Source of the DNA: Flavobacteriaceae bacterium
GTDB lineage: Bacteria > Bacteroidota > Bacteroidia > Flavobacteriales > Flavobacteriaceae
Assembly (NCBI GenBank): GCA_002746415.1
Contig: NVXD01000015.1
Coordinates: forward strand, 205,412 to 269,411
Direction of reading: 5' to 3'
Length of the DNA: 64,000 nt
The notes below the pieces were generated by a model. The model did not search any database and was not told where the DNA came from. It worked only from the letters and a program-made list of their open reading frames with translations. A program made the position numbers and the translations under genes. Positions 21,545-32,851 of this stretch are shown one piece after another (positions within the stretch are counted from its first letter, which is position 1; the number at the start of each line of letters is the position of its first letter).

Positions 21545-21575
21545 GGCGTCATTGATTTGATGCCTTTTTTATTGG
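21545..21575 (+). terminator. intrinsic terminator after TonB receptor
   Basis: aaggcgtcattgatttgatgcctt (one G-U pair) followed by tttttatt. Confidence 0.5.
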
Positions 21576-21617
21576 CAAAAAAAGAAAAAAGTAGTTTCTA
21601 TTTAAAATGGAATGACA

Positions 21618-21668
21618 TATCTTTGCAGCCTGAAAAACACAGGCTTTTGTTTATCAAAAGAATTGTGT
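21618..21668 (+). promoter_or_regulatory. candidate -7 box (tatctttg) plus leader hairpin/U-tract upstream of atpD
   Basis: The TAnnTTTG match at 21618-21625 is immediately followed by agcctg-aaaaacac-caggct and tttgttt. The putative leader is about 45 nt before the atpD ATG. Confidence 0.3.
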
Positions 21669-21706
21669 TTCAAACTAAATTAGATTCTTAAAAATTAAAT
21701 ACTTAG

Positions 21707-23218
<1,512 letters not shown>

Positions 23219-23290
23219 TTTGTTGTTCGTTTTTAGTTGATGGTTCTTAATGGACCTAATTACAAACAGCAAGCAACCAATAACTAAAAT

Positions 23291-23569
23291 ATGTATTTAG
23301 AAATAGTATCACCAGAAGCCACTTTATTTGCAGGAGATGTTACTTCAGTAACTGTTCCAGGAATCAATGGAGAATTTCAAATGTTGCAAAATCACGCACC
23401 AATTGTTTCTTTGTTGCAAGAAGGAAAAGTGCTTATTCAAGGCGATTTAAATATTGATGAAGCTTTTTTGGAGAAATTTTCAAAAGGCGCTAATGGAGAA
23501 ACAGTCTTAAAAATTTCCAGTGGTACCATTGAAATGAAGGACAACAAAGTAATAGTATTGGCTGATTAA
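23291..23569 (+). CDS. atpC: F0F1 ATP synthase subunit epsilon
   Basis: 92 aa, MYLEIVSPEATLFAGDV..., immediately downstream of atpD. Confidence 0.9.
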   Translation: MYLEIVSPEATLFAGDVTSVTVPGINGEFQMLQNHAPIVSLLQEGKVLIQGDLNIDEAFLEKFSKGANGETVLKISSGTIEMKDNKVIVLAD

Positions 23570-23596
23570 ATATTAGCAAACTTATATAATATAAAA

Positions 23597-23630
23597 AGAC
23601 TGTCCGTTTTGGGCAGTCTTTTTTTTTTTT
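23597..23630. terminator. strong intrinsic terminator after atpDC (bidirectional position)
   Basis: agactgtcc-gtttt-gggcagtct followed by 11 T residues. The convergent GNAT gene ends at 23685. Confidence 0.7.
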
Positions 23631-23684
23631 GATTAAAATGAAAAGAGCTTTTATTGTTGAAACTGAGTTTACAATAGTATAAAT

Positions 23685-24218
23685 TTAATTATGCAAAACT
23701 ATTAATTTCCAAGTTTGCCCATTAGAAATATAGGTGGTTAAATCCGAGAATCCAACAGCATAATGTGCATTAAGTGAACGAGTATTGCTAGCATCAACTT
23801 CTGTTACTATTACATCGAATTTTGACAGCACCCTTTTTTTCATGGTAACATATAATTTTCTAAAAATACCCTGACCCCTATAGGTTTTGTCAATACAGAT
23901 TTGTCCCATGGTTATGTATGATTGACCTCTTGGAAGATTTTTTTCAATTTCAACAAACATAGGTTTCAATAATTCAATATCCATTGCAAACATTGGGTGC
24001 ATGCTTAATGCAAAACCAATGACTATATTATTATGAACAGCAATGGTATGTGCGCATTTGGTATTCATTCTTTCTAAAATAACCAAAGAATGGGTAACAG
24101 ATACAAAACCCTCTTTTTCCCTTTCCTCTAGGGTTAATCCATTAAATAAGTTTTTCTTTTGAAGCGCTATAATTTGATTTAATTCTTGAGTCGTTTCAAC
24201 TTTTTTATACACAACCAT
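23685..24218 (-). CDS. GNAT family N-acetyltransferase
   Basis: Acetyl-CoA-binding-like IDKTYRGQGIFRKLY. The ORF-track start at 24272 is TTG and would overlap the divergent bioF, so the internal ATG at 24218 is used. Confidence 0.55.
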   Translation of the reverse strand: MVVYKKVETTQELNQIIALQKKNLFNGLTLEEREKEGFVSVTHSLVILERMNTKCAHTIAVHNNIVIGFALSMHPMFAMDIELLKPMFVEIEKNLPRGQSYITMGQICIDKTYRGQGIFRKLYVTMKKRVLSKFDVIVTEVDASNTRSLNAHYAVGFSDLTTYISNGQTWKLIVLHN

Positions 24219-24256
24219 TAATTCATAATTTTGATTAAAAGAATTACATTTGAAGT

Positions 24257-25423
24257 ATGCCAAAGTTGCCAAAAAATCTATTAATAAAACTAGAAAACCG
24301 AAAGGAAAATAATTCCTTTAGGCAACTACCCAATCCAAATAACAGAATAGATTTTTCTTCTAATGATTATTTGGGGTTTGCTATAAATGAAACTATATAC
24401 TCAGATACTTTTAAATTGATATTAAAAAATGGCGCTTCTCAAAATGGCGCTACGGGTTCTAGACTTTTGTCCGGAAATTATCTAATGTATACTGAATTAG
24501 AGGAATATTTGGCAGAATTCTATGCCTGCGAAAGCACCTTGGTTTTTAACTCTGGTTATGACGCAAATCTTGGTTTCTTTAGTGCTGTACCTCAAAGAGG
24601 AGATGTTATATTTTATGATGAGTACATACATGCCAGTATTAGAGATGGTATTCAGTTAAGTAATGCCAAGAATTATAAGTTTAAGCATAATGATTTAGAG
24701 GATTTAATAAAGGCCATTGAGCGTTGTCGAAATGGCAATGTTAATCAAGCTGAGCCTGCTGAGGTTTATATCGTTACCGAATCAGTTTTTTCTATGGATG
24801 GAGATTCGCCCGATTTGGAAGCTTTGGTAAATTATTCAAGAAAGAACAACTATAACTTGGTGATTGACGAGGCCCATGCCTTAGGAGTTTTTGGGTTGAA
24901 TGGAGAAGGATTGGTGCAACAAAAAAATCTACAAAAGGATATTTTTGCTAGGATTGTTACTTTTGGTAAAGCATTGGGCTGTCATGGTGCAGCAATACTT
25001 GGTTCTGAAAAGCTAAAGGACTACTTGGTTAATTTTTCCCGTAGTTTTATATATACTACAGGATTGCCACCTCATTCTATTGCTACTATCAAAGCGGCAT
25101 TTTCGTATTTAATTTCGCAAGAAGGCAAAGAAGCAAGGCTGAAATTGGAAGATAATATTGTTTTTTTTAATAAAAAGATTCAGGATTTAAAAATGAATGA
25201 TTTTTTTATTCCAAGTTCGTCAGCAATTCAGTGTTGCCTAATACCCGGGAATACAAAGGTGAAAAAAGTGGCTGCAAAAATTCAAGAAAAAGGGTTTAAT
25301 GTTCGTCCAATTCTTTCACCCACAGTCCCAGAGGGAGAAGAACGCTTGCGATTGTGCTTGCATAGTTATAATTCTAAAGAGGAATTAGGTCTAGTTTTGC
25401 AACTCTTATCATCTTATCTTTAA
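24257..25423 (+). CDS. bioF: 8-amino-7-oxononanoate synthase (class II PLP aminotransferase)
   Basis: 388 aa with FSSNDYLGF...LLSGNY... and a PLP-lysine region, in a cluster with bioD, bioA and bioB. Confidence 0.85.
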   Translation: MPKLPKNLLIKLENRKENNSFRQLPNPNNRIDFSSNDYLGFAINETIYSDTFKLILKNGASQNGATGSRLLSGNYLMYTELEEYLAEFYACESTLVFNSGYDANLGFFSAVPQRGDVIFYDEYIHASIRDGIQLSNAKNYKFKHNDLEDLIKAIERCRNGNVNQAEPAEVYIVTESVFSMDGDSPDLEALVNYSRKNNYNLVIDEAHALGVFGLNGEGLVQQKNLQKDIFARIVTFGKALGCHGAAILGSEKLKDYLVNFSRSFIYTTGLPPHSIATIKAAFSYLISQEGKEARLKLEDNIVFFNKKIQDLKMNDFFIPSSSAIQCCLIPGNTKVKKVAAKIQEKGFNVRPILSPTVPEGEERLRLCLHSYNSKEELGLVLQLLSSYL

Positions 25424-25428
25424 GTCAT

Positions 25429-25809
25429 ATGAGGGAAAATTTATATACTTTGGGAGCTTTTGAGTTCTCTGCTGATGTTCTAATAATAAAAGGAAAACTG
25501 GAATCTGAAGGAATCGAGGTTTTTCTTAAAGATGAAAACACAATAAATTCAGACCCGTTAATCAGTGGGGCTATTGGGGGGATAAAATTACAAGTAAGAT
25601 CAGGGGATAAGGAAAAAGCATTGTTGCTTTATAATGAAATTAGAAATTACGCTGTTGATGATGATGGAAAACCTATTGTATGTCCAAATTGCAAAGCGGA
25701 AAGAAGTGAGGTCTACTATTCCCGGAACACTATTTTTTATAAGCTATTTCCCTTTTTTGAAAAACGAAAATATAAATGCCACAGTTGTAATATAATTACA
25801 ATGCCATAA
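25429..25809 (+). CDS. DUF2007-like domain protein with C-terminal zinc-ribbon
   Basis: 126 aa. The N-terminus is DUF2007-like (putative signal-transducing fold). The C-terminus is CPNCKAERSEVYY...KCHSCNI. Confidence 0.45.
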   Translation: MRENLYTLGAFEFSADVLIIKGKLESEGIEVFLKDENTINSDPLISGAIGGIKLQVRSGDKEKALLLYNEIRNYAVDDDGKPIVCPNCKAERSEVYYSRNTIFYKLFPFFEKRKYKCHSCNIITMP

Positions 25810-25816
25810 CTCAGTA

Positions 25817-26434
25817 ATGAAACAAATTTTTGTAACCGGAATATCCACGGATGTAGGCAAAACCATTGCATCTGCAATTATTGTAGAAGCGATGGAGGCA
25901 GATTATTGGAAACCAATACAAGCTGGAGAATTGGAGTATTCTGATTCTCATAGGATTGCAGAACTTATTTCTAACCATAAAACAGTAATTCATGAAAATA
26001 GCTATGCCTTAAAGACACCAATGAGTCCGCATGCAGCAGCGGAAATAGATGGAATTGGTATTGAAACAGTTCAAATTATACAACCAAAGACAGAAAATCA
26101 TATTGTAATAGAAGGAGCAGGGGGCCTTTTAGTGCCTCTAAATGATAAGGAAACAGTATTGGATATAATTTCTCCTAAACACAAAGTAATAGTTGTTTCT
26201 AGGCATTATTTGGGTAGTATAAACCACACCTTGCTAACTGTAAAAACCTTGCTGGACTTAGGGCATAATGTGTCTATTATTTTCAGCGGAAAAGAACACC
26301 CAACTACGGAGCGTATCATTTCTAAAATGACAAAAGTACCCGTTATTGGTCGAATTGATGAAGAAGAAATTTTTGATAAGACTACAATAAAAAAGTATGC
26401 AGATAAATTCAGGAATGCGTTGGAATTACTCTAA
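25817..26434 (+). CDS. bioD: dethiobiotin synthetase
   Basis: MKQIFVTGISTDVGKTIASAIIVEA (P-loop), 205 aa. Confidence 0.9.
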   Translation: MKQIFVTGISTDVGKTIASAIIVEAMEADYWKPIQAGELEYSDSHRIAELISNHKTVIHENSYALKTPMSPHAAAEIDGIGIETVQIIQPKTENHIVIEGAGGLLVPLNDKETVLDIISPKHKVIVVSRHYLGSINHTLLTVKTLLDLGHNVSIIFSGKEHPTTERIISKMTKVPVIGRIDEEEIFDKTTIKKYADKFRNALELL

Positions 26435-27913
26435 ACGTTGATATATTTCTGCTTTTTCAACATTTTCAATTACTTGATAATGCTCCAATAAATAACTATT
26501 TATATAGTCATTTTCATCAATCATTTTTTTATCAAAAATAGATCTACCGTTTCGTGTTACAATTGTTTTTGGTTGAAGCTCATTTAAAATAAATTGTAAC
26601 TCTTCCAATGAAGTGCCTCTTGGATTGTCGTAAAAAGGATAGAGTTCACTTCTGCATATATTACTGGGGTGGGTGGCTGCTTTAGTTGGTGGGTTCATTC
26701 CCAATTTCCAATACCCAATATGGTACTCTAGGAAAAGAATATTTTTAGTTTCAATATTGTTTTCCCTAATATAATTAGGGACACTAATACCCTCGCCATT
26801 ATAAAAAGTTCCTTTTTCTAACTTATGCCTAATGATTGCTACATATTCTAAATAAGCCTCCATGGGAAGCAATAAGAGCACTAAAATCACATAGGGTTTA
26901 TAGTTTACTTTTTGGAGCAAAACAATCTTACTGAAAACGATACTAACCAAAATTATTAATATGGGATGTAATTGGACTAAATAATGACCATTTATTCTTC
27001 CGCTTATGGCAAATGAAAAAATAATTCCCAATATTGCGATTAAAAGAATTTGAATGCTAGAGCACTTAAAAGATAGAGACTTTTTTTTCCAAGCATAAAC
27101 AAAAAACCCTGCAATGCATAAATAGAATGGAAGTAATTTTATGATGGAATAACGCCTTGCAGAAGAGTACGCTAGTGGTGCTTTTACAATGGAATTCCAC
27201 CATAAATCTATATTTTCTTGTAAATAATATGGAAAAATAGTCACTAAAATCATCAAGATAATTCCAGTTCCATACGCAATCGCATTAACGATACCTGTTT
27301 TAAATTCCTTTTTCTTAAAAAAAGAGAAAAGAATGTAAAGACCTATGAATAAGAGTGCATAAGCCATGTTTAACTTGGTCATTACCGCTAGCCCCATTAA
27401 TAATCCAGAAAAGAAATAAATATAAAATTTTTGATAGCTAATAATCAGGTATAAGGCCGGCATAAAGAATAGCATGCAAATATGCTCGGACATGACCCCT
27501 TGTAGGCTTCCAAACATACTTTGTAGTGAAATACATGCTATGGCGGACCATATCCCTATTTTTTTAGAGCTGATTTTGCTTCCAATTTTATAAGTGAAAA
27601 ATGCAGATATGGCAACTGTCAGCGTTCCAAAAAAACGAATGGCAAAAAAACTTTTTCCAAAGGCATAGATGATACTCGCAAAGTATAGAAAGGTAATGGG
27701 AGGCTTTAAATCCCATAGTTCAGTATAGGGTAAATGTCCATTTACCCAAGATTGCCCCATGAGAATAAAAGTGCTTTCATCTCGATCTATATAATCCCTA
27801 AAAAAAAATGGAAATCGAATAAAAATGGAAATTGAAAGAAGCATAAAAAAAACAGTTCTGTTTTTTAAATTATCGTAATCAATAGTAAGTAAGGCAATTC
27901 CTTTTTTAAACAT
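26426..27913 (-). CDS. GT39/ArnT-like dolichyl-phosphate-mannose-type glycosyltransferase (polytopic membrane protein)
   Basis: 495 aa with about 11 TM segments. The N-terminal loop DYIDRDESTFILMGQSWVNGHLPYTELWDLKPP is typical of the PMT_2/ArnT family. Confidence 0.6.
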   Translation of the reverse strand: MFKKGIALLTIDYDNLKNRTVFFMLLSISIFIRFPFFFRDYIDRDESTFILMGQSWVNGHLPYTELWDLKPPITFLYFASIIYAFGKSFFAIRFFGTLTVAISAFFTYKIGSKISSKKIGIWSAIACISLQSMFGSLQGVMSEHICMLFFMPALYLIISYQKFYIYFFSGLLMGLAVMTKLNMAYALLFIGLYILFSFFKKKEFKTGIVNAIAYGTGIILMILVTIFPYYLQENIDLWWNSIVKAPLAYSSARRYSIIKLLPFYLCIAGFFVYAWKKKSLSFKCSSIQILLIAILGIIFSFAISGRINGHYLVQLHPILIILVSIVFSKIVLLQKVNYKPYVILVLLLLPMEAYLEYVAIIRHKLEKGTFYNGEGISVPNYIRENNIETKNILFLEYHIGYWKLGMNPPTKAATHPSNICRSELYPFYDNPRGTSLEELQFILNELQPKTIVTRNGRSIFDKKMIDENDYINSYLLEHYQVIENVEKAEIYQRLE

Positions 27914-27974
27914 TGGTGATTAATAATTATATGGTATTAATTCCCATCTTTGCAAGATAGATAAAAAGTAGGTT

Positions 27975-29261
27975 TTGTTAAATTATGTTACATTGAAAAA
28001 TCTTTCTGAAAGAGATAAAAAACATCTATGGCATCCATTGACACAGCATAAATTGCATCCTAACATGTTAGGTATTGTAAGGGCTAAGGGGGCGCTTCTG
28101 TTTGATGAAAATGGGAAAGAGTATATAGATGGTATTTCTTCTTGGTATACGTGTATGTTTGGGCATTGTAATGATTTCATCATAGAACGTGTATCAAAAC
28201 AATTGCACCAATTAGATCAAGTTGTTTTTAGTGGATTTACACATGAACCAGCAGTAAAGTTATCAGAAGAACTTATTAAAATCTTACCGGAAAATCAAAA
28301 CAAACTTTTCTTTTCAGACAATGGATCTACAGCTACTGAGATAGGTATAAAAATGGCTTTGCAGTATCATCATAATAAGGGGAACAAGCGAAATGTAATG
28401 CTGTCTTTTGAAGAAGGCTTCCATGGGGATACTTTTGGGTCAATGTCTGTATCGGGATTATCGGTTTACAATGGTGCTTTTGAAGATTTTTTTATAGAAG
28501 TTGAACGTATTCCAGTTCCAACAACAGAAAATGTGGATGCTATTTTAAGTACGTTGGAAGCACGATTGCAAAACAATAATATAGCGGGTTTTATTTATGA
28601 GCCTTTAGTGCAAGGTGCTGCAGCCATGAAAATGCACAATCCAGACCACTTAAATAGTATTTTAAGATTATTAAAAGAACATAATGTGCTCACTATTGCA
28701 GATGAGGTAATGACAGGATTTGGCAAGACTGGAAAACACTTTGCATCTGATCATATTAAGACAAAACCAGATATTATATGTTTGTCTAAAGCATTAACCG
28801 CAGGTGTTGCTCCTATGGCAATTACAAGTTGTGCGCAAGAAGTATATCATGCATTTTACAGTGATGAAATTTCGAAAGGATTGTTCCATGGCCATACCTA
28901 TACAGCTAATCCATTAGCCTGTTCTGCAGCTTTGGCTTCAATTGAGTTGCTTCAATCTGAAGAAATTCAAAAAAATATTCAACGGATTATTACATCGCAC
29001 CAACAGTTTAATGATGAAATAAAAAATCATCCCAAGGTAGCATCCACCAGACAGAATGGAATTATTTATGCGTTGGATTTGAATGTAAAAATGGAGCGCT
29101 ATGGAAGTTTAAGAGATAAACTTTTTAACCATTTTATGGATAATGGTGTATTTCTACGGCCCTTAGGAAGTACCATCTATATTTTAGCACCTTTCGTTAC
29201 TACTGAAGGGCAAATGCAAAAAATATATAGCACAATTAAAGATGCCTTAGAAATAGTGTAA
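27975..29261 (+). CDS. bioA: adenosylmethionine--8-amino-7-oxononanoate transaminase
   Basis: 428 aa class III aminotransferase with LWHPLTQHK...DEVMTGFGKTGKHFA. Confidence 0.9.
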   Translation: MLNYVTLKNLSERDKKHLWHPLTQHKLHPNMLGIVRAKGALLFDENGKEYIDGISSWYTCMFGHCNDFIIERVSKQLHQLDQVVFSGFTHEPAVKLSEELIKILPENQNKLFFSDNGSTATEIGIKMALQYHHNKGNKRNVMLSFEEGFHGDTFGSMSVSGLSVYNGAFEDFFIEVERIPVPTTENVDAILSTLEARLQNNNIAGFIYEPLVQGAAAMKMHNPDHLNSILRLLKEHNVLTIADEVMTGFGKTGKHFASDHIKTKPDIICLSKALTAGVAPMAITSCAQEVYHAFYSDEISKGLFHGHTYTANPLACSAALASIELLQSEEIQKNIQRIITSHQQFNDEIKNHPKVASTRQNGIIYALDLNVKMERYGSLRDKLFNHFMDNGVFLRPLGSTIYILAPFVTTEGQMQKIYSTIKDALEIV

Positions 29262-29438
29262 TTAGAATGATTAGCGAATTTTTTATAGCCATGTAAATCT
29301 ATTAAATTCATTAAAATAGGGAACATTAATACATGTTTCGGGATGGTTTATTTTACAATTTCAGCACCTACTTTGTTGCAATTTGAATGAGAAATAAAGA
29401 TTACATTCAATTAATATGAATCAAAGATACAAATACCC

Positions 29439-29446
29439 TAGTTTTG
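29439..29446 (+). promoter_or_regulatory. candidate -7 element (tagttttg) upstream of KAS-like gene
   Basis: TAnnTTTG match 22 nt upstream of the ATG at 29468. Confidence 0.25.
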
Positions 29447-29467
29447 TTATTTAGTTTGAAAAAATAA

Positions 29468-30622
29468 ATGAATTCACCTATTTCCATTACCGCAATTTCT
29501 TCTATTTCCCCTTTAGGAATTTCTTTGGTTGATGCTTGGGAAAAATACATGGACAATGGCCATTGCCTGAGTCAACATGAGTTTTCAAATGTATTAACAT
29601 GGGTTGCAGAACTTCCTGATGATGCCAAAAAAAAAATAAAAGCACTTAGACTTTCTGACACCAAATACAAGAATTTAGACAATAGTGTTTTGTATGCTCT
29701 TTATGCATCAAGAAAGGCCATTGAAACAGCTGGCTGGAATGCTGCTGATAATTTTGGTATTAATATTGGCTCTTCAAGAGGAGCAACTTCTCTTTTTGAA
29801 AAATACCACAAAGAGTTCCTTGATAATAATAAGACATCGGTTTTATCATCACCCACTACAACTTTGGGTAATATATCTTCTTGGGTGGCACATGATTTGG
29901 GTACTATGGGCCCGGATGTTTCGCATTCAATTACTTGTTCTACCGCATTACATGCTTTATTAAATGGTATAGCCTGGCTTAAAAGTGGCATGGCAAATAA
30001 ATTTTTGGTTGGTGGAAGTGAAGCGCCACTAACGCCTTTTACAATTGCACAAATGAAAGCGCTAAAAATATACACGAATAATAAAGGAGAATACCCTTGT
30101 AGCGCTTTAGATATGGAAAAGACTAAGAATACAATGGTTTTGGGAGAAGGAGCTTCAATAGCTTGTTTGGAAAATGGTAAAACGAAAAACGCTTTGGCAG
30201 TTGTTGTAGGAATAGGATATGCAACGGAAACACTAGAACATAATATTTCTATCTCTTCAGATGCTCAATGTTTTCAGCGTTCCATGAAGATGGCTTTGGG
30301 TGCTATTAAGCCAGAGGAAGTTGATGTTATTGTTCTACACGCTCCAGGAACTATTAAAGGGGATATGTCTGAAAAAAAAGCAATAGAAAAAGTTTTTTGT
30401 AACAAAACCCCAAGTCTTACTACCAATAAATGGAAGATAGGACATACGTTTGGCGCTTCTGGGATGTTGAGTTTGGAACTTGCTGTTTTAATGTTGCAAC
30501 ATCAGAAGTTTATAGAAGTGCCATATGTTGATGCTAATTCAATCCCTAAAAAAATTCAAAAAGTATTGGTAAACGCCGTTGGGTTTGGAGGAAACGCTGT
30601 AAGTGTCCTTTTGTCTAAATAA
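29468..30622 (+). CDS. beta-ketoacyl-ACP synthase family protein (FabF/FabB-like, short form) embedded in biotin cluster
   Basis: 384 aa. It aligns by eye to FabF: GPDVSHSITCSTALHA (active-site Cys), VLHAPGTIKGD (His), KWKIGHTFGASG (His), and C-terminal VGFGGNAVSVLL. Confidence 0.75.
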   Translation: MNSPISITAISSISPLGISLVDAWEKYMDNGHCLSQHEFSNVLTWVAELPDDAKKKIKALRLSDTKYKNLDNSVLYALYASRKAIETAGWNAADNFGINIGSSRGATSLFEKYHKEFLDNNKTSVLSSPTTTLGNISSWVAHDLGTMGPDVSHSITCSTALHALLNGIAWLKSGMANKFLVGGSEAPLTPFTIAQMKALKIYTNNKGEYPCSALDMEKTKNTMVLGEGASIACLENGKTKNALAVVVGIGYATETLEHNISISSDAQCFQRSMKMALGAIKPEEVDVIVLHAPGTIKGDMSEKKAIEKVFCNKTPSLTTNKWKIGHTFGASGMLSLELAVLMLQHQKFIEVPYVDANSIPKKIQKVLVNAVGFGGNAVSVLLSK

Positions 30623-30695
30623 AGGGTTCTCTTGTTTTAGAATCTTAAAACCTATATATTTCCATAGGGTATTTTACGAACTAAATTTTAAGATT

Positions 30696-31274
30696 ATGGT
30701 AGAATGGTTTTCTGAGCTTGCCTCTTTTGATAAAGTATACTGGACTATTGCAGGTGTAGCTTCATTGTTTTTTGTTTTTGTGGCGGTGTCAACTCTTATG
30801 GGAGGTGATACAGATGATATAGATGGAGATGTTGATGCGGATATAGAAGGTGACGTTGGAGTAGGTTTTCAGTTTTTTACCTTTAAAAATTTAGTTGCTT
30901 TTTTCACCATTTTTGGCTGGTCCGGGATTTCGTGCATCGATGCAGGATATTCGCAGACAATGACTATTGTTATTTCTGCCATCAGTGGCTTAGTAATGAT
31001 GTTTGCTATGACGTTTTTAATCTATCAATTGTCCAAGTTAAAAAGCAGCGGAACCCTTAAGATGCAAAATGCAAAAGGAGCCATAGGAGAGGTATATCTT
31101 ACCATAGGAAATACTAGATCTAGTATGGGTAAAGTACAGATAACGGTCCAAGGGGCTTTAAGAGATTTAAATGCACTAACGGATGAGGAAAGTGACCTTA
31201 AAACTGGATCGGTAATACAAGTGACAGAAGTGACAAAAAATGGAATTCTTATTGTTGAACAATTAAAAAAATAA
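30696..31274 (+). CDS. NfeD-like (YqiJ-type) membrane protein, partner of flotillin
   Basis: N-terminal TM segments and an acidic DGDVDADIEGDV stretch, then a C-terminal OB-fold-like GEVYLTIGNTRSSMGKVQITVQG. Start placed at the internal ATG 30696 (ORF track: 30603). Confidence 0.6.
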   Translation: MVEWFSELASFDKVYWTIAGVASLFFVFVAVSTLMGGDTDDIDGDVDADIEGDVGVGFQFFTFKNLVAFFTIFGWSGISCIDAGYSQTMTIVISAISGLVMMFAMTFLIYQLSKLKSSGTLKMQNAKGAIGEVYLTIGNTRSSMGKVQITVQGALRDLNALTDEESDLKTGSVIQVTEVTKNGILIVEQLKK

Positions 31275-31280
31275 AAGTAT

Positions 31281-32720
31281 ATGCTAAACACTATTTTATT
31301 GCAAGTAGAAGGTTTTGGACCATTGATTACCATTGGCTTTGCAATCTTTTTTATTTTCATATTATTTGTAGTCTTAATTCGTCGTTACAAACGTTGTCCT
31401 TCAGATAGGATTTTGGTAGTTTATGGAAAAGTAAGTGGTGGAAAATCCGCGAAATGTATCCACGGTGGTGCGGCTTTTATATTGCCGGTAATTCAGGATT
31501 ATCAATTTTTGGATTTAACGCCAATTTCAATTGAGGTAAATCTTGTCAATGCTTTAAGTAAGCAAAATATTCGTGTAAATGTTCCTTCCCGTTTTACAAT
31601 TGGAATTTCTACGGAGCCAGGTGTTATGCAAAATGCGGCGGAAAGATTACTTGGTCTAGCACAAGATCACATCCAGGATTTGGCACAAGAAATTATATTT
31701 GGGCAGTTACGTTTGGTAGTTGCATCTATGGATATTGAGGAAATCAATTCAGATAGGGATAAGTTTTTGAGTAATATTTCACAAAGTGTTGAAACAGAGC
31801 TAAGAAAAGTAGGTTTAAAATTGATCAATGTAAACATTACAGATATTGTAGATGAGTCTGGTTATATTGAAGCTTTAGGTAAAGAAGCTGCTGCACACGC
31901 AATAAATGCAGCACGAAAATCTGTTGCAGAAAAAACTAGAGATGGGTCTATTGGAGAGGCAATTGCAGTGCAAGATGAAAGAACACAAGTTGCAGCTGCC
32001 AATGCACAGGCCGTTGAAGGAGAGAATACCGCTAAAATTGCGGTAGCAAATTCAGACTCTTTACGTCGTCAAAGAGAGGCAGAAGCAGAACGTGTGGCAG
32101 TAGCATCAGAAAAAGTACAAACAGCAAAAGCACTTGAGGAATCATATGTTGCGGAACAACAAGCAGAAATTGTAAGGGCAGAAAAAGAACGTTCTTCGCA
32201 AATGGCGGATATTATTGTTCCAGCAGAGATAGACAAAAAGAAAGTAGAGATTGATGCTGAAGCAGATGCAGAAAGAATACGTAGAAGAGCTAGAGGAGAG
32301 GCAGATGCAATCTTATTTAAAGCACAAGCAGAAGCAAAAGGTATCTTTGAGGTATTGACAAAACAAGCTGCTGGTTTCGATGAAATTGTAAAAGCGGCTG
32401 GTAACAATCCTAAAGATGCAGTATTGCTCTTAGTAGCTGATAAATTGCCTGAATTGGTAAAAACACAGGCAGAAGCCATCAAGAACATTAAAATTGATAA
32501 AATTACGGTTTGGGAAAATGGTGGTGGTAAGGATGGTAAAACGGCAACTTCTAATTTTATTTCTGGAATGTATAAATCTGTTCCACCATTGCAAGAAATG
32601 TTCAATATGGCAGGAATGCAATTGCCAGAATATTTAAAAGGGAAAGAGATTGATGCTGAGAATGAAAAAGAAGAAATAGTTAAAGAGGTAAAACCGAATA
32701 AGAAAGACAAGGAAGAATAA
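31281..32720 (+). CDS. flotillin-like SPFH/band-7 protein (YqiK/FloT type)
   Basis: 479 aa with N-terminal TM, an SPFH domain, and a long Ala/Glu-rich coiled coil (AEAERVAVASEKVQTAKALEES...). Confidence 0.85.
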   Translation: MLNTILLQVEGFGPLITIGFAIFFIFILFVVLIRRYKRCPSDRILVVYGKVSGGKSAKCIHGGAAFILPVIQDYQFLDLTPISIEVNLVNALSKQNIRVNVPSRFTIGISTEPGVMQNAAERLLGLAQDHIQDLAQEIIFGQLRLVVASMDIEEINSDRDKFLSNISQSVETELRKVGLKLINVNITDIVDESGYIEALGKEAAAHAINAARKSVAEKTRDGSIGEAIAVQDERTQVAAANAQAVEGENTAKIAVANSDSLRRQREAEAERVAVASEKVQTAKALEESYVAEQQAEIVRAEKERSSQMADIIVPAEIDKKKVEIDAEADAERIRRRARGEADAILFKAQAEAKGIFEVLTKQAAGFDEIVKAAGNNPKDAVLLLVADKLPELVKTQAEAIKNIKIDKITVWENGGGKDGKTATSNFISGMYKSVPPLQEMFNMAGMQLPEYLKGKEIDAENEKEEIVKEVKPNKKDKEE

Positions 32721-32742
32721 TTCTTACCTCGCTTAAATCATA

Positions 32743-32782
32743 AAAAGACCTGTTGAATAATATATTCTTTAGGTCTTTTTGT
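32743..32782 (+). terminator. intrinsic terminator after flotillin gene
   Basis: aaaagacct...aggtcttttt with an internal gaata/tattc sub-stem, followed by ttttgtg. Confidence 0.5.
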
Positions 32783-32851
32783 GTTAAGGGTTTTTCTTGA
32801 TTGGGAATTCATTTTCAAATAGGTTATTTTTGGCACAGATTTACAGTATTT

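Noticed and set aside
29685-30075. Overlapping 92-aa (+) and 124-aa (-) ORFs inside the KAS-like gene
   Set aside because: Alternative-frame and antisense ORFs within a gene that has clear FabF-like catalytic motifs. No independent support.
32069-32710. 213-aa and 63-aa antisense ORFs inside the flotillin gene
   Set aside because: They arise from the low-complexity Ala/Glu-rich coiled-coil region (GCN-rich codons are open on the opposite strand). The sense-strand flotillin assignment is strong.
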